Shown piece by piece: positions 1-9,020 of a DNA stretch of 38,351 nucleotides. The notes under the pieces were generated by a model that did not search any database, was not told where the DNA came from, and was given only the letters and a program-made list of their open reading frames with translations. The number at the start of each line of letters is the position of its first letter. The stretch's first letter is position 1. The position numbers were made by a program, and so were the translations under genes. This stretch comes from a virus (taxonomy: Duplodnaviria; Caudoviricetes). The stretch lies in the IMG/VR virus record IMGVR_UViG_3300025674_000132, positions 1-38,351 of that record. One strand, 5' to 3'.

Positions 1-426
1 TATACGCTCGACTCAACCTCAACGGCGGGGGATGTTTACGTTGCTAACGCCAATAATCACACGAACGGAGTTCCTAATAATCAGGCTGAAATTGTCGCTA
101 CTTTTGACAGTGACGCTCAAGTTAGGCAGATGGGGTTATACACGGTTCCAGCGGGGTACACTGTTTTCGGGGTCGGTGAAATTTATTTCAGTTCACCAAA
201 AGGCCGAGACAATGATTTCTTCTGGAACACAAGAAACCCGACGACACCAACGCCAACATTAAAGACTAATGTAACAAGCATTTACCAATCCACCGTTGCT
301 ATCGGGCTATCTTATTCGCCTTTGCCTGAAAAAACAGATGTATTTTTTACGGCTAACACGTCCACAGGTTCAGGCCATGTAACGATGCGCGGCCCTATTT
401 TAATTGTCGATAATACAAAGTTATAG
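1..426 (+). CDS. 5'-truncated variant copy of the putative virion protein at 37337..38071
   Basis: Frame is open from base 1 (YTLDSTSTAGDVY...) to TAG 426; near-identical to the C-terminal part of 37337..38071. Confidence 0.9.
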   Translation, partial: YTLDSTSTAGDVYVANANNHTNGVPNNQAEIVATFDSDAQVRQMGLYTVPAGYTVFGVGEIYFSSPKGRDNDFFWNTRNPTTPTPTLKTNVTSIYQSTVAIGLSYSPLPEKTDVFFTANTSTGSGHVTMRGPILIVDNTKL

Positions 427-705
427 GTTTTTTTATGTCACGCACAGAACGCAACTACGCACACAATACACAACTAGCAACGAGCGCTGTGGATATTGTT
501 CCTGCTGTGCCAACGGGTACGGTATCAGTTGTTAGCAAGTTAAGCTTTTACAATTCATCAACGACAACCAACCGGCTTGTAACGGTTCATGCGGTTGAGT
601 CGGGTGGTACAGCAGATGCAGGCAATACATTAGCAAGACGCTCTATTCCGCCACTTCAAACGTGGAATGTAGTCGAAGCTATCACAGAGCGCTTAACTGC
701 GGGAA
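1..705. repeat. Left copy of imperfect terminal duplication (pairs with 37646..38351)
   Basis: By-eye alignment: 1-578 differs from the right copy by roughly 35-37 substitutions, mostly synonymous, plus one intergenic 1-nt indel; 579-705 (127 nt) is identical to the last 127 nt of the window. Confidence 0.97.
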
Positions 706-779
706 TGAAGATGCAAGCAACACAAGACGCTGGTACGGATGTTAATGCAAATTGTTCAGGCGCGGACTTTAGTGCGTGA
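435..779 (+). CDS. Small putative virion/tail protein (114 aa)
   Basis: Lies in the tail gene block; beta-rich composition; differences from the variant copy at 38081 are almost all synonymous, indicating a real gene. Confidence 0.8.
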   Translation: MSRTERNYAHNTQLATSAVDIVPAVPTGTVSVVSKLSFYNSSTTTNRLVTVHAVESGGTADAGNTLARRSIPPLQTWNVVEAITERLTAGMKMQATQDAGTDVNANCSGADFSA

Positions 780-1195
780 TTAATCATATAAAGTTAAAAC
801 GTAGTCACGACTACGACGAAATAAAAGAAATTCTTGAAACCCCTGGAATCTGGGAGTGTATCGCAGACCCTGGCGACGAGTTACCACCCGAGCTAGATAC
901 TGAGAACGAAATTTATCTAGTGGGCTACTTTGCTGGGGATCCTATCGGGGTTTTTATTATCGATGAAGATGGCGAAACGTGTCATTTTCAGGTTATACCG
1001 AAGCACCGTAGGTTATGGGCTGTTATTTTTGCCAAGAAATGTCTACAATGGTGTGTAGATAACGGGTTCAACAAGCTGCGAGCATTGATACCTGACGACT
1101 ATCCGAACGTTAAAGATTTCGGCCTAAAAGTGGGTTTCGAGATGACGAAAAGTGATAATTGTTGGAGTGCGAAGTGGGAAAAGTCAGAGAAATAA
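776..1195 (+). CDS. GNAT-fold protein, P22 gp14/DUF2824-like
   Basis: YLVGY..G..IG.F.....CHFQVIP.HR..WA..FAKK.L.W....GF..L.A.IP....NV..F..KVGF pattern; sits just before the ejection genes, as in P22. Confidence 0.7.
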   Translation: MINHIKLKRSHDYDEIKEILETPGIWECIADPGDELPPELDTENEIYLVGYFAGDPIGVFIIDEDGETCHFQVIPKHRRLWAVIFAKKCLQWCVDNGFNKLRALIPDDYPNVKDFGLKVGFEMTKSDNCWSAKWEKSEK

Positions 1196-2103
1196 CGGGC
1201 GTTAAGGCGCAACGCCAAGCGGTAGCAGCAGGGCAAGAAGCTCAAGAGCGACAAGGCCAGGCAGCGATTGAGCAGCAAGAGCAAGCGCTTGAGCGCATAC
1301 TAGAAATACAAGAACCGTTTCGCGCCGTAGGTGAAGAGGCGCTGACGGGCATCATGGGCGAGATCCTACCGCAACAGGATTTTCAGCTTCAAACCGACCC
1401 TTCCAGAGTCTTACAAAATCCATTCTTTCGAGCATTGGCAGCCGAGCAAGAGCAACGTTTAATGGCTTCTCAAGCAGCTCGCGGGAAAGTCGGGGCGGGT
1501 GAAACCACCGATTTACTTCAACGCAACCTATTGCAGCTCGGTAGCCAGTTCCAGCAACAAGACATTGCTAACCAGATAGCGCAACAACAAGCGCAACTAG
1601 GCACCCAGGCGCAACGTTTTGGGCAGCTATTTAACGTCGGTACACTTGGGGCTAACGTCGCTTCACAGCAAGCCACGGCGACGCAAGCGAGCGCTGCAAA
1701 CGTTGGCAATCTATTAACACAAATCGGTAACGTGCAAGCGGCTGGAGCAACTCAGCAAGGTAATTTGTTGGGTGGATCACAAGCTCAAATGTTCGGGCAG
1801 TTGACGGGCGCAGGATTAGGTGCCGCAGCGGGTAGCGCAGGCCTTCTAGGTTCTGGAATTGGCGCTGGTGGTGGCGCACTACTTGGTTTCATGAGCGACG
1901 AAACCCAAAAAGATATTATTAGGCCGGTGCGCGTCGATGATGATGGCTTGACAGTTTACGAATTTAAATACAAAGCCGATCCGGATAGTGTTTATCATGG
2001 GAAGATGGCGCAAGATATTCAGCGCATTGACGCTTCACACGTCATGGAATCGGACGGAAAATTATTTGTTACAGAAAAATACAGACCAATCAAGGTGGCG
2101 TAA
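1174..2103 (+). CDS. Ejection/DNA-transfer protein (P22 gp7-like position) with C-terminal peptidase S74-like chaperone domain
   Basis: Q/A/G-rich helical body and Gly-rich hydrophobic stretch, then SDETQK...VYEFKYK...G.MAQDI; GTG 1174 follows GGAG (ORF track starts at 1159). Confidence 0.7.
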   Translation: MGKVREITGVKAQRQAVAAGQEAQERQGQAAIEQQEQALERILEIQEPFRAVGEEALTGIMGEILPQQDFQLQTDPSRVLQNPFFRALAAEQEQRLMASQAARGKVGAGETTDLLQRNLLQLGSQFQQQDIANQIAQQQAQLGTQAQRFGQLFNVGTLGANVASQQATATQASAANVGNLLTQIGNVQAAGATQQGNLLGGSQAQMFGQLTGAGLGAAAGSAGLLGSGIGAGGGALLGFMSDETQKDIIRPVRVDDDGLTVYEFKYKADPDSVYHGKMAQDIQRIDASHVMESDGKLFVTEKYRPIKVA

Positions 2104-3366
2104 ATGGCTTTAGATCCTAGCATAATTTTAAGAAATATAGCGCCGCAAGCAGATGTGGGTGGGCGGCTTCGGTCAGGATTAGAGGCGGCTGGAATATTCG
2201 CAAAGATTCGGCAGCAAGAAGAGGAAGCGCCAATACGCCAAGCTATTTTGCAGAATCAATCAAATTTATTGGCTCAACAAGTGGCGACGGGTGCGGCTGA
2301 GGCGCAAGAAGAAACACGAAAAAGGGATTTAAAAGGTTTAGGGTCTAGTTACCTTCAGGTCAAAGGTGATGTTTCTGCGGGCAATTTCAACGCGGCGGCG
2401 GATCAATTACAGGCCATATATGATCAAAAGATAGCAGCAGGCCAAACGCCCGAGGAAATGTCAGCGCATGCTCAAGCTATAGAAACGCTTCGATCTAATG
2501 ATGCAGAAGCCATCAAGGATTTAAAGACGCTAGGCCAAGGCGTTATTGATGCGGCTGTGGCTGAGGGGTTGCTAGAAGATCCGGCTGCGGCGAAAGTAAA
2601 AACCACACCTGCAGAGGTTCGGGAATTCGAATTCATGTCGGGAATGCTGGGTAGTGATGACCCACAAGTCCAGGAAGCCGCTAGAATTAAATTAGGGATA
2701 TCGCCCGATGCTGGTGATAGATTGAAGCAACTACAGGACAGAAAAACCAATATACTAAAACAGCAAGAATTGATGTTGAGACAGCAATCAGAGCGGAGGC
2801 AGCAACAAAAGCTATCTGCCACTGTTGAAAAGGCTTTGTTGGATTCGCAAGATGCCGCCATCAATTCGTCAAAGTCAGCGACCGAATTCGATATTTTAGC
2901 CAATCAGGTTGAAGAATTCAGGTTAGCGGGAGGCGTGGTTTCTAGTACCAGCGAATTGTTTAAACGCCTTCTTGGTGCTCAAGATGATGTTACTGAGTTG
3001 CGTAGGCGGTTCAACCAAGTGAGGCTGAGCGAAGGGTTGAAGAATTTACCACCCGGGCCGGCCACGGACAGAGATGTTGTCGAGGCGTTCAAAGGTGTGC
3101 CGCCTGAAAATGCGCCAGCTTCTCAAATTGCTTCATTTTTACGTGGTGCTTCAAAAATGGCGCGTTTTGATGCGGCGTATAACCAATTCAAATCAGACTT
3201 TATTAGTGATAACTCAAACACTAAAGGCATCAACAAGGAATGGCGCAAAAAAGTAAGATCGGATGTTTTGGATAGAGACATAACCATTGCTGAAATTTAT
3301 GCGGAAGGTGTTTTGCACGGCATGAATATAGAAGATATTAAAGCAGAATTAGGGGTTTCTGAATGA
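2104..3366 (+). CDS. Ejection/DNA-transfer protein (gp20-like position)
   Basis: 420-aa helical Q/A/E-rich protein starting MALDPSII, with a LPPGPATDRD motif; second of three genes before the tailspike. Confidence 0.65.
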   Translation: MALDPSIILRNIAPQADVGGRLRSGLEAAGIFAKIRQQEEEAPIRQAILQNQSNLLAQQVATGAAEAQEETRKRDLKGLGSSYLQVKGDVSAGNFNAAADQLQAIYDQKIAAGQTPEEMSAHAQAIETLRSNDAEAIKDLKTLGQGVIDAAVAEGLLEDPAAAKVKTTPAEVREFEFMSGMLGSDDPQVQEAARIKLGISPDAGDRLKQLQDRKTNILKQQELMLRQQSERRQQQKLSATVEKALLDSQDAAINSSKSATEFDILANQVEEFRLAGGVVSSTSELFKRLLGAQDDVTELRRRFNQVRLSEGLKNLPPGPATDRDVVEAFKGVPPENAPASQIASFLRGASKMARFDAAYNQFKSDFISDNSNTKGINKEWRKKVRSDVLDRDITIAEIYAEGVLHGMNIEDIKAELGVSE

Positions 3367-5471
3367 GCCTGCTAGATGAAGCGAGAGCCAAGCGAGAGCA
3401 ACAACCGAGACAAGAGCCTCAGCCAGTCGGGAGCGGCAGCTTAATAGATCAAGCAAGGGCTAGGCGTGAACCGGCACAGCAACCTATTAGTGAGCAACCA
3501 GTTCAACAACAGGCGCAGCAGCCAACCGCGCAAAGAGTTAGACAGCCTGTTAGGCAAGCTCAGGAAAGGCGTGAACAATTATTGTCTGCCATGAGTCCAG
3601 AGCAACGAGAGCTAATAGAAAGCATTTCACCATTGGAAGCTTTTGCGATTGGTTTGGGCAAGGGCGTGACGGATATTGGTAGAGGACTGGGGCTTGTTGA
3701 TCAAGCCACTAGTGATGAGGTGGCCGCATTTGAACGGCTAAGCCAAGTTGAAAGGGTGGCTACACCACCAGGCGAAGTCTTGGGCCAAGCCGCCCCGTTC
3801 TTACCGTTGGGTGTTGGTGCTGCGGCAATTCCAGGGGCAGCCGCTAGAGTTGGTGCAACAGCAGGTTTAGGCGCAGCCGAGGGCGGTATAATTGCAAGAG
3901 GAACAGGTCAAGATGTCGGAACACAAATTCTCTCAGCGGGTCTTGGTGGCACTGTCGCGGGTGCTCTTGAGCTGGGCTTGCCTTACATTGGTCGCGCTAG
4001 CGGTAGGCTCGTTAGGCGGATAACTGGTAGAGGCCCACAAGGTGCGCTCGTTACGCCTCAAGGCGCGCCTACTCCAGAATTACAGCGAGTTTTAGACGCC
4101 GAAGGAATCAGCTTTGATGATCTTGTGTCAGAATCAGTTAGGGAAATGCGCTTGGAATCGTTAGACCCAGAAAAAGCAGCGCGAAAAGCATTTCTTGAGT
4201 CGCAGGGATTGAGAGGCGAAGCTGCACCAACACGTGCGCAAATAACTAGATCTGTCGATGATTTCTCATTGCAGCAACAGGCAATGAAATCAAGCGGAAG
4301 GCTTGAGGAACGTATAGCAGCGCAAGATAGAGTTTTAACGACCAGATTTAATGATGCGATTGAGGAAACAGCAGGCCGCCCGGACTTGCCTGTGTCGAGT
4401 GTTACAGAATCAGTATTGCGTAAAGCTAGCGTGCTGGATAACGAGATTGGCAGGCTGTACAAAGAAGCAAGAGAGGCCGCGCCAGGTGATCAAGTCGTGC
4501 GTTTTGAGTCTTTGGGCAAAAAAATACGAGAGCTTGCACCATTAAACCAGCGGTCGGGTGGGAATGTTCGCGCTATTGCTGAAACCTTACAAGCTAGAGG
4601 TTTAGTGGATGATAACCTTAACCCAACCGGCAGGATTGGCGTTGAAGAAACAGAAACTCAGATTAGACAGCTAATAAATTCGCTATATGATGAGAGCAGA
4701 TCGGGCGGTGATATAGCGAATAACGTGCTCAAAGAAATGAAAGACGCCCTAGATGATGATGTATTTAGGGCAGCGGGTGAAGATTTATTCCAAGAAGCAC
4801 GAAAAGCAAAATTTAACTTTGAGGATGAACTTAAGCGCGCAAAGATATCGAAGTTTGATAAGCGCAAAGCCAACTTAGTTAGAGATATGCTTGAAAATAG
4901 AGACTCTGTAAATCCAGAGTTATTCACTGACAGGGTTGTTTTTGGTAAAGGATGGCGGTCAACAGATCTTGAACAATTAAAAGATTATATCACTACAGAA
5001 TCGCATGGCGAGGCAGCCTGGAATGATTTAAAAGCCGAGGTATTGCAGAAAATAAAAGAAAAATCTTTTATTGGCCCAGAGGACGCTAACGGGTTTCGGT
5101 CACTAAGCCGTGACAAGATACAAAAAGCTATAAACGGTATTGGTGATTTGAAATTAAATGTTATCTTTACGCCCGACGAGGTTAAATTCTTAAAAGATAT
5201 TGAGAAAGTGGCGAAATTTAGAGAGCCAAGAAAAATGACTCAACAAGGCTTTGGCCCTTCCGCGAAAGCAATTTTAGGCTTAGAAAAGAAAATTACCGAC
5301 TTGCCGCTTTTTGGACAGGTTTGGGGCTTGTTTGATGTTGATGCTGCAGGGCGATTATCAACGAGAGCCAGAGCACAAAAACCGATAGAGGGTTCCATAG
5401 TTAAAACCACTACTGGCTTAGCTGGAGCGGCAGCGGCCACCGGAGCAATCGCACAAGAGGAAAATAGATAA
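3363..5471 (+). CDS. Large ejection/DNA-transfer protein (gp16-like position)
   Basis: 702 aa; Q/P-rich N-terminus, Gly/Ala-rich hydrophobic segment, helical remainder; directly upstream of the tailspike. Confidence 0.65.
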   Translation: MSLLDEARAKREQQPRQEPQPVGSGSLIDQARARREPAQQPISEQPVQQQAQQPTAQRVRQPVRQAQERREQLLSAMSPEQRELIESISPLEAFAIGLGKGVTDIGRGLGLVDQATSDEVAAFERLSQVERVATPPGEVLGQAAPFLPLGVGAAAIPGAAARVGATAGLGAAEGGIIARGTGQDVGTQILSAGLGGTVAGALELGLPYIGRASGRLVRRITGRGPQGALVTPQGAPTPELQRVLDAEGISFDDLVSESVREMRLESLDPEKAARKAFLESQGLRGEAAPTRAQITRSVDDFSLQQQAMKSSGRLEERIAAQDRVLTTRFNDAIEETAGRPDLPVSSVTESVLRKASVLDNEIGRLYKEAREAAPGDQVVRFESLGKKIRELAPLNQRSGGNVRAIAETLQARGLVDDNLNPTGRIGVEETETQIRQLINSLYDESRSGGDIANNVLKEMKDALDDDVFRAAGEDLFQEARKAKFNFEDELKRAKISKFDKRKANLVRDMLENRDSVNPELFTDRVVFGKGWRSTDLEQLKDYITTESHGEAAWNDLKAEVLQKIKEKSFIGPEDANGFRSLSRDKIQKAINGIGDLKLNVIFTPDEVKFLKDIEKVAKFREPRKMTQQGFGPSAKAILGLEKKITDLPLFGQVWGLFDVDAAGRLSTRARAQKPIEGSIVKTTTGLAGAAAATGAIAQEENR

Positions 5472-7556
5472 ATGGCTACATGGGTTCCTATTAATGGGCT
5501 GGCTATCCAGTTAGCCAAGAATGCGGCAGGCGTGGCGGCGGCTGACTATTACCTTAAATTTTACGACGAGGGTACAACCACCCCCGCGAGCATGGCGACG
5601 GATTCAACGGGTGGTACGACATTAGATAAGTGTAAGCTCGATGCTAATGGGTTAGCTGTTAATGGTTCGGACGATCCTTTTATTCCGCACATTGATCGCA
5701 ATTATAAAATAGCGTGCTATACCAACGCCACCGATGCAGACAACAACGCAACCGGTAGCGCCTTTTTTGTTATTGATAACGTTAAATTTTCGACTGGAGA
5801 GGCTGGCGGGATTGATTACACTCCCGAAGGCACAAATGCTTCAACGATATCAATTGCCACTTATTTAGATAATCGCGTGCTCGATGACGTGGCAGCGTTA
5901 CGAGCTTATGAGCCTGTTGTTGATGAAGAGCAGGTTTGGATTTTAGGTCACACAACTGAGGGCATCGGCGGTGGTGCGTTCTATTATGATCAAACAGATA
6001 GCACTACGGCAGATAACAATGGGACTGTTATTGTTACTAGCGGCGGGGCGAGATGGAAGCGTAAGGATGTGGAAGTTGTTAACCCTGAAATGTTTGGCGG
6101 TTTTGCCGATCTTGATGTCGCAGCTCTGGCAGCCACAACAGATTCAGGAACCATTGCGACAATCATTGCCGCATCGACTGACAATCAGACTGCATTGGAG
6201 GCCAGTTTAGATTATGCTGTTTCTCAGCATAAGGAGTTCGTATTAAGTGCAGGCGGATACTACACTTCAGCGCGATTAACCCCTACCACCCTTACCGCTG
6301 CTGAATCATTCCAGAATCGAAACGGTAATGTGAAAATTAAAGGGCAAGGTATCTCAAACAGTGTCATCTATACTGATGCAGCCCAATACATTATAGATAT
6401 CACCAATGGAGTAACGACCAGCATTGATGTTGTTGAAGTGTCGGACTGCATGTTATGGTCGCCAAATGGTGGCGGGATTACCACACCGGATGGGATGTGG
6501 AGAAACTATAAAAGAGTATTTTTCCATGGGGCTGCCTCCGGCTTTTATGGCCACTATGATAATGGTGATGCTGGTGCAGGATTTGGTGTCTTCATGATTA
6601 ACCAGGAGGACTGTATATTCTGGAATAAAAATGGCTATTTCGGTGGCGCGTATTACATTAACAATTTCCACACTTTCAACAGTAAAAACGCGTTTATATC
6701 TCAAAATAGATTTAACGGAGATGTATGTAAATTTGAAGATGGTAAATCAATATCAATTCCGTCAATAGTTTTGGAAGGCGTACCCAATGGCGCAACTCCT
6801 ACTAATCAAGCGTTTATCAACTTCGCAGGGACATTAATTAGTGTTGATATAGGTGTCGTATATGTCGAAGGAGTTTGGAACCGGATTTTTAGAAACGGTT
6901 CAAATGCTGACAAAAACATTAATATTGAGAGCATTTTTGCGTGGCAACGGGATATTAGTGGTTTCGGCGATGCAGATTGTTTGATTTATTCCGGTCAAAG
7001 CTCTGACGTGGTTGAAATAGGCCGAGTGCTGTACGTGGCAGATAGTACAGTTGGGGCACCGTCAACCAATACCTATTTAATCCAGGATAACAGTGTAGAC
7101 GACTCTAGAATTAGTGTGACACGCTTTGAGAATCAGACTACTTCAGGCGGTCAACAGAATCGCGCATTAAAAGCTAATTACAGGGCGCACAGGCATAGGT
7201 TAGGAGGATTTAGAAATAGCCTAAACATCGGTATAACCACTAATCCAGGATTCTCTTTTAATCTAGACGGCCCTGGCTCTTACATTATCAACATCAATTA
7301 CCTTTCTATCGACCGAAACCATGGGGGGACAGAAACATTCATTATCACTTATGATGATGCAAGCTCAAATGATTTCAATGTGGTTACATCTATCGCAACT
7401 ATAACAACTAAATCAGGTCAATTTACATCGATGAACCCTACGGTCAATTCATCTGGACTAGTAATTGTTAATTCTTCTGCACTATCACAGGACTGGAATG
7501 TTTTTTATAGTGTAGATATTCTATCCCAACTTCCTAATATTAATGGATCTGTTTAA
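5472..7556 (+). CDS. Tailspike / receptor-binding protein with probable right-handed beta-helix (depolymerase-like)
   Basis: N-terminal virion-anchor-like domain, GGG.FYYD...T.ADNNGTVIV...GARWKR linker, then VNPEMFG...DNQTALEA...LSAGGY (pectate-lyase-3-type beta-helix start) and N/I/G-rich repeats. Confidence 0.85.
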   Translation: MATWVPINGLAIQLAKNAAGVAAADYYLKFYDEGTTTPASMATDSTGGTTLDKCKLDANGLAVNGSDDPFIPHIDRNYKIACYTNATDADNNATGSAFFVIDNVKFSTGEAGGIDYTPEGTNASTISIATYLDNRVLDDVAALRAYEPVVDEEQVWILGHTTEGIGGGAFYYDQTDSTTADNNGTVIVTSGGARWKRKDVEVVNPEMFGGFADLDVAALAATTDSGTIATIIAASTDNQTALEASLDYAVSQHKEFVLSAGGYYTSARLTPTTLTAAESFQNRNGNVKIKGQGISNSVIYTDAAQYIIDITNGVTTSIDVVEVSDCMLWSPNGGGITTPDGMWRNYKRVFFHGAASGFYGHYDNGDAGAGFGVFMINQEDCIFWNKNGYFGGAYYINNFHTFNSKNAFISQNRFNGDVCKFEDGKSISIPSIVLEGVPNGATPTNQAFINFAGTLISVDIGVVYVEGVWNRIFRNGSNADKNINIESIFAWQRDISGFGDADCLIYSGQSSDVVEIGRVLYVADSTVGAPSTNTYLIQDNSVDDSRISVTRFENQTTSGGQQNRALKANYRAHRHRLGGFRNSLNIGITTNPGFSFNLDGPGSYIININYLSIDRNHGGTETFIITYDDASSNDFNVVTSIATITTKSGQFTSMNPTVNSSGLVIVNSSALSQDWNVFYSVDILSQLPNINGSV

Positions 7557-7557
7557 T

Positions 7558-7971
7558 ATGAGACAAATAAACAGAATTATAGTCCATTGCTCGGCTACTA
7601 AACCGAGTATGGACATAGGTGTGGAAGAAATTAGGCGCTGGCATATAGATCGAGGTTGGTCGGACATCGGTTACCATTGGGTTATAGCCCGTGATGGCAT
7701 GGTTGAGAAGGGGCGTTCTGAAAAGGTTGCAGGTGCTCATGCTAGAGGCCATAACCAGGATTCAATAGCCATCTGTCTAGTTGGTGGTATCAATGAAGAT
7801 GGTAAGCCAGATTGCAACTACACAGCAGCACAGTATAAAGCGCTCAATGATACAATAAACGGTATTTACATGCGCCATAACATTCATGAGGTACTAGGTC
7901 ATAGAGACTTGGCAGGAGTGACAAAAGCATGTCCATGCTTCGATGTTCGATCATTTATATTAGCATGCTAA
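7558..7971 (+). CDS. Endolysin, N-acetylmuramoyl-L-alanine amidase (T7 lysozyme / Amidase_2-like)
   Basis: IIVHCSAT, IRRWH..RGWSDIGYH, GAHARGHN..SI.ICLVGG, GHRDL..KACP.FDV; ATG 7558 just after the tailspike stop. Confidence 0.95.
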   Translation: MRQINRIIVHCSATKPSMDIGVEEIRRWHIDRGWSDIGYHWVIARDGMVEKGRSEKVAGAHARGHNQDSIAICLVGGINEDGKPDCNYTAAQYKALNDTINGIYMRHNIHEVLGHRDLAGVTKACPCFDVRSFILAC

Positions 7972-8084
7972 GCGGTTGCGCTATGCAGCCCCAACTATCC
8001 GGTAACGATTCACCAATACCGTTGCCATCTGTATGCGAGCAATCTAAAAACCAAGGTACAGCGTTATGTCCAGGGAAGCATTAA
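7929..8084 (+). CDS. Small lipoprotein (51 aa) overlapping the endolysin 3' end; absent from the ORF track
   Basis: AGGAG 7914-7918, ATG 7929; MSMLRCSIIYISMLSGC-AMQPQLSGNDSPIPLPSVCEQSKNQGTALCPGKH; lipobox LSGC; Pro-rich with two further Cys. Confidence 0.7.
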   Translation: MSMLRCSIIYISMLSGCAMQPQLSGNDSPIPLPSVCEQSKNQGTALCPGKH

Positions 8085-8473
8085 TTGAAGCACACGACTG
8101 GTTCTACAATCAACGGGGTTTCGTATGGATGCCGGACGTTGAGCGGCTTGGTAAGTTAGAAGATTGGGAGATATTACGTGGTGATGAAGGGCCGTTCTAT
8201 GGTGACTGTGAAGATGCTTGTCTAACGATTATGAATCGACTGTTAGAGGATGATGTTGATTCTGTTATTGTGCGTTGTGCTACTGAAGTATGCCCACGCT
8301 ACAAGCTGTTTGACCATGCGGTTTTAGCGGTGCCAGTGGATGGCCGTTGGTATTATTCCGACAACAGATACCCAAGGCACCCTGGTGCTAGTAGGTTACC
8401 AGGATATATTTTCTATGATCACGTTACGATTGAAAACATTCGTGGCAAAGGTAAACCGGAGTTGTTTAAATGA
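8066..8473 (+). CDS. Transglutaminase-like cysteine protease (BTLCP / peptidase C93, LapG-like)
   Basis: D...G..EDW, GDCEDAC, HAVLAV and YSDNR give the Cys-His-Asp triad in BTLCP order; no signal peptide of its own. Confidence 0.8.
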   Translation: MSREALIEAHDWFYNQRGFVWMPDVERLGKLEDWEILRGDEGPFYGDCEDACLTIMNRLLEDDVDSVIVRCATEVCPRYKLFDHAVLAVPVDGRWYYSDNRYPRHPGASRLPGYIFYDHVTIENIRGKGKPELFK

Positions 8474-8538
8474 GCTGGAAAAAGATAGGTAAGGCTATGC
8501 CGCGGATGTTTATTTTGGTAACGACTTGGAGGTATTAG
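8470..8538 (+). CDS. Putative 22-aa cationic peptide MSWKKIGKAMPRMFILVTTWRY
   Basis: ATGA overlap with the protease stop; TAG abuts the holin ATG; exactly fills the intergenic gap. Confidence 0.4.
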   Translation: MSWKKIGKAMPRMFILVTTWRY

Positions 8539-8934
8539 ATGGGATGGTTTTCTAAACTGCTAGGTGATACAGCAGTACAACCAATTGAGGCAGTGTTCAA
8601 AGGTATCGATAACTTAGTCACTAGCGACGAAGAGCGAGCAGCGGCAGAGCTTCTGAAACTGAAAGCGATGCAGGAACCTGCAAAGTTGCAAGTTGAGCTG
8701 AATAAGGTCGAGGCCCAACATCGTTCGGTCTTTGTTGCTGGATGGCGTCCTGCTATCGGTTGGATATGTTCGCTAGGTCTTTTATTTCCATTCGTGATAA
8801 ACCCCATGCTACAATGGTGCACTGGTGATAAAGGGCCAGAGTTACCGCTCGACGTGCTTATGGAGTTGGTGCTAGCAATGTTGGGATTATCTGGATTACG
8901 TACTTTTGAAAAAGTGAAAGGTAGGACGAAATGA
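8539..8934 (+). CDS. Holin, 3TM 'gene-transfer release' family-like
   Basis: TSDEER, EAQHRSVFVAGWRPAIGW.C and MLGL.GLRTFEK.KG motifs; strong GGAGGT RBS. Confidence 0.85.
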   Translation: MGWFSKLLGDTAVQPIEAVFKGIDNLVTSDEERAAAELLKLKAMQEPAKLQVELNKVEAQHRSVFVAGWRPAIGWICSLGLLFPFVINPMLQWCTGDKGPELPLDVLMELVLAMLGLSGLRTFEKVKGRTK

Positions 8935-9020
8935 TTAAAATAGCGGGCGGTAAGGGTAAGATGAGAAAGCCAAAAGCAAAACCATCCAGCAAGCCGAAAT
9001 CTAAACCGCGTTATAAATGA
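8931..9020 (+). CDS. 29-aa Lys/Pro-rich basic peptide MIKIAGGKGKMRKPKAKPSSKPKSKPRYK
   Basis: ATGA overlaps at both ends (8931-8934 and 9017-9020); AGGA upstream; no acidic residues. Confidence 0.65.
   Translation: MIKIAGGKGKMRKPKAKPSSKPKSKPRYK

Noticed and set aside
1-578. Diversity-generating retroelement TR/VR pair, prompted by the BPP-1-like capsid and a diverged repeat
   Set aside because: No reverse transcriptase gene was recognised; the differences are not adenine-specific and are mostly synonymous.
1099-6704. Many antisense and alternate-frame ORFs in the track (e.g. 2472..2903, 4058..4462, and similar ones genome-wide)
   Set aside because: They are shadows of long genes with recognisable motifs and show no motifs of their own.
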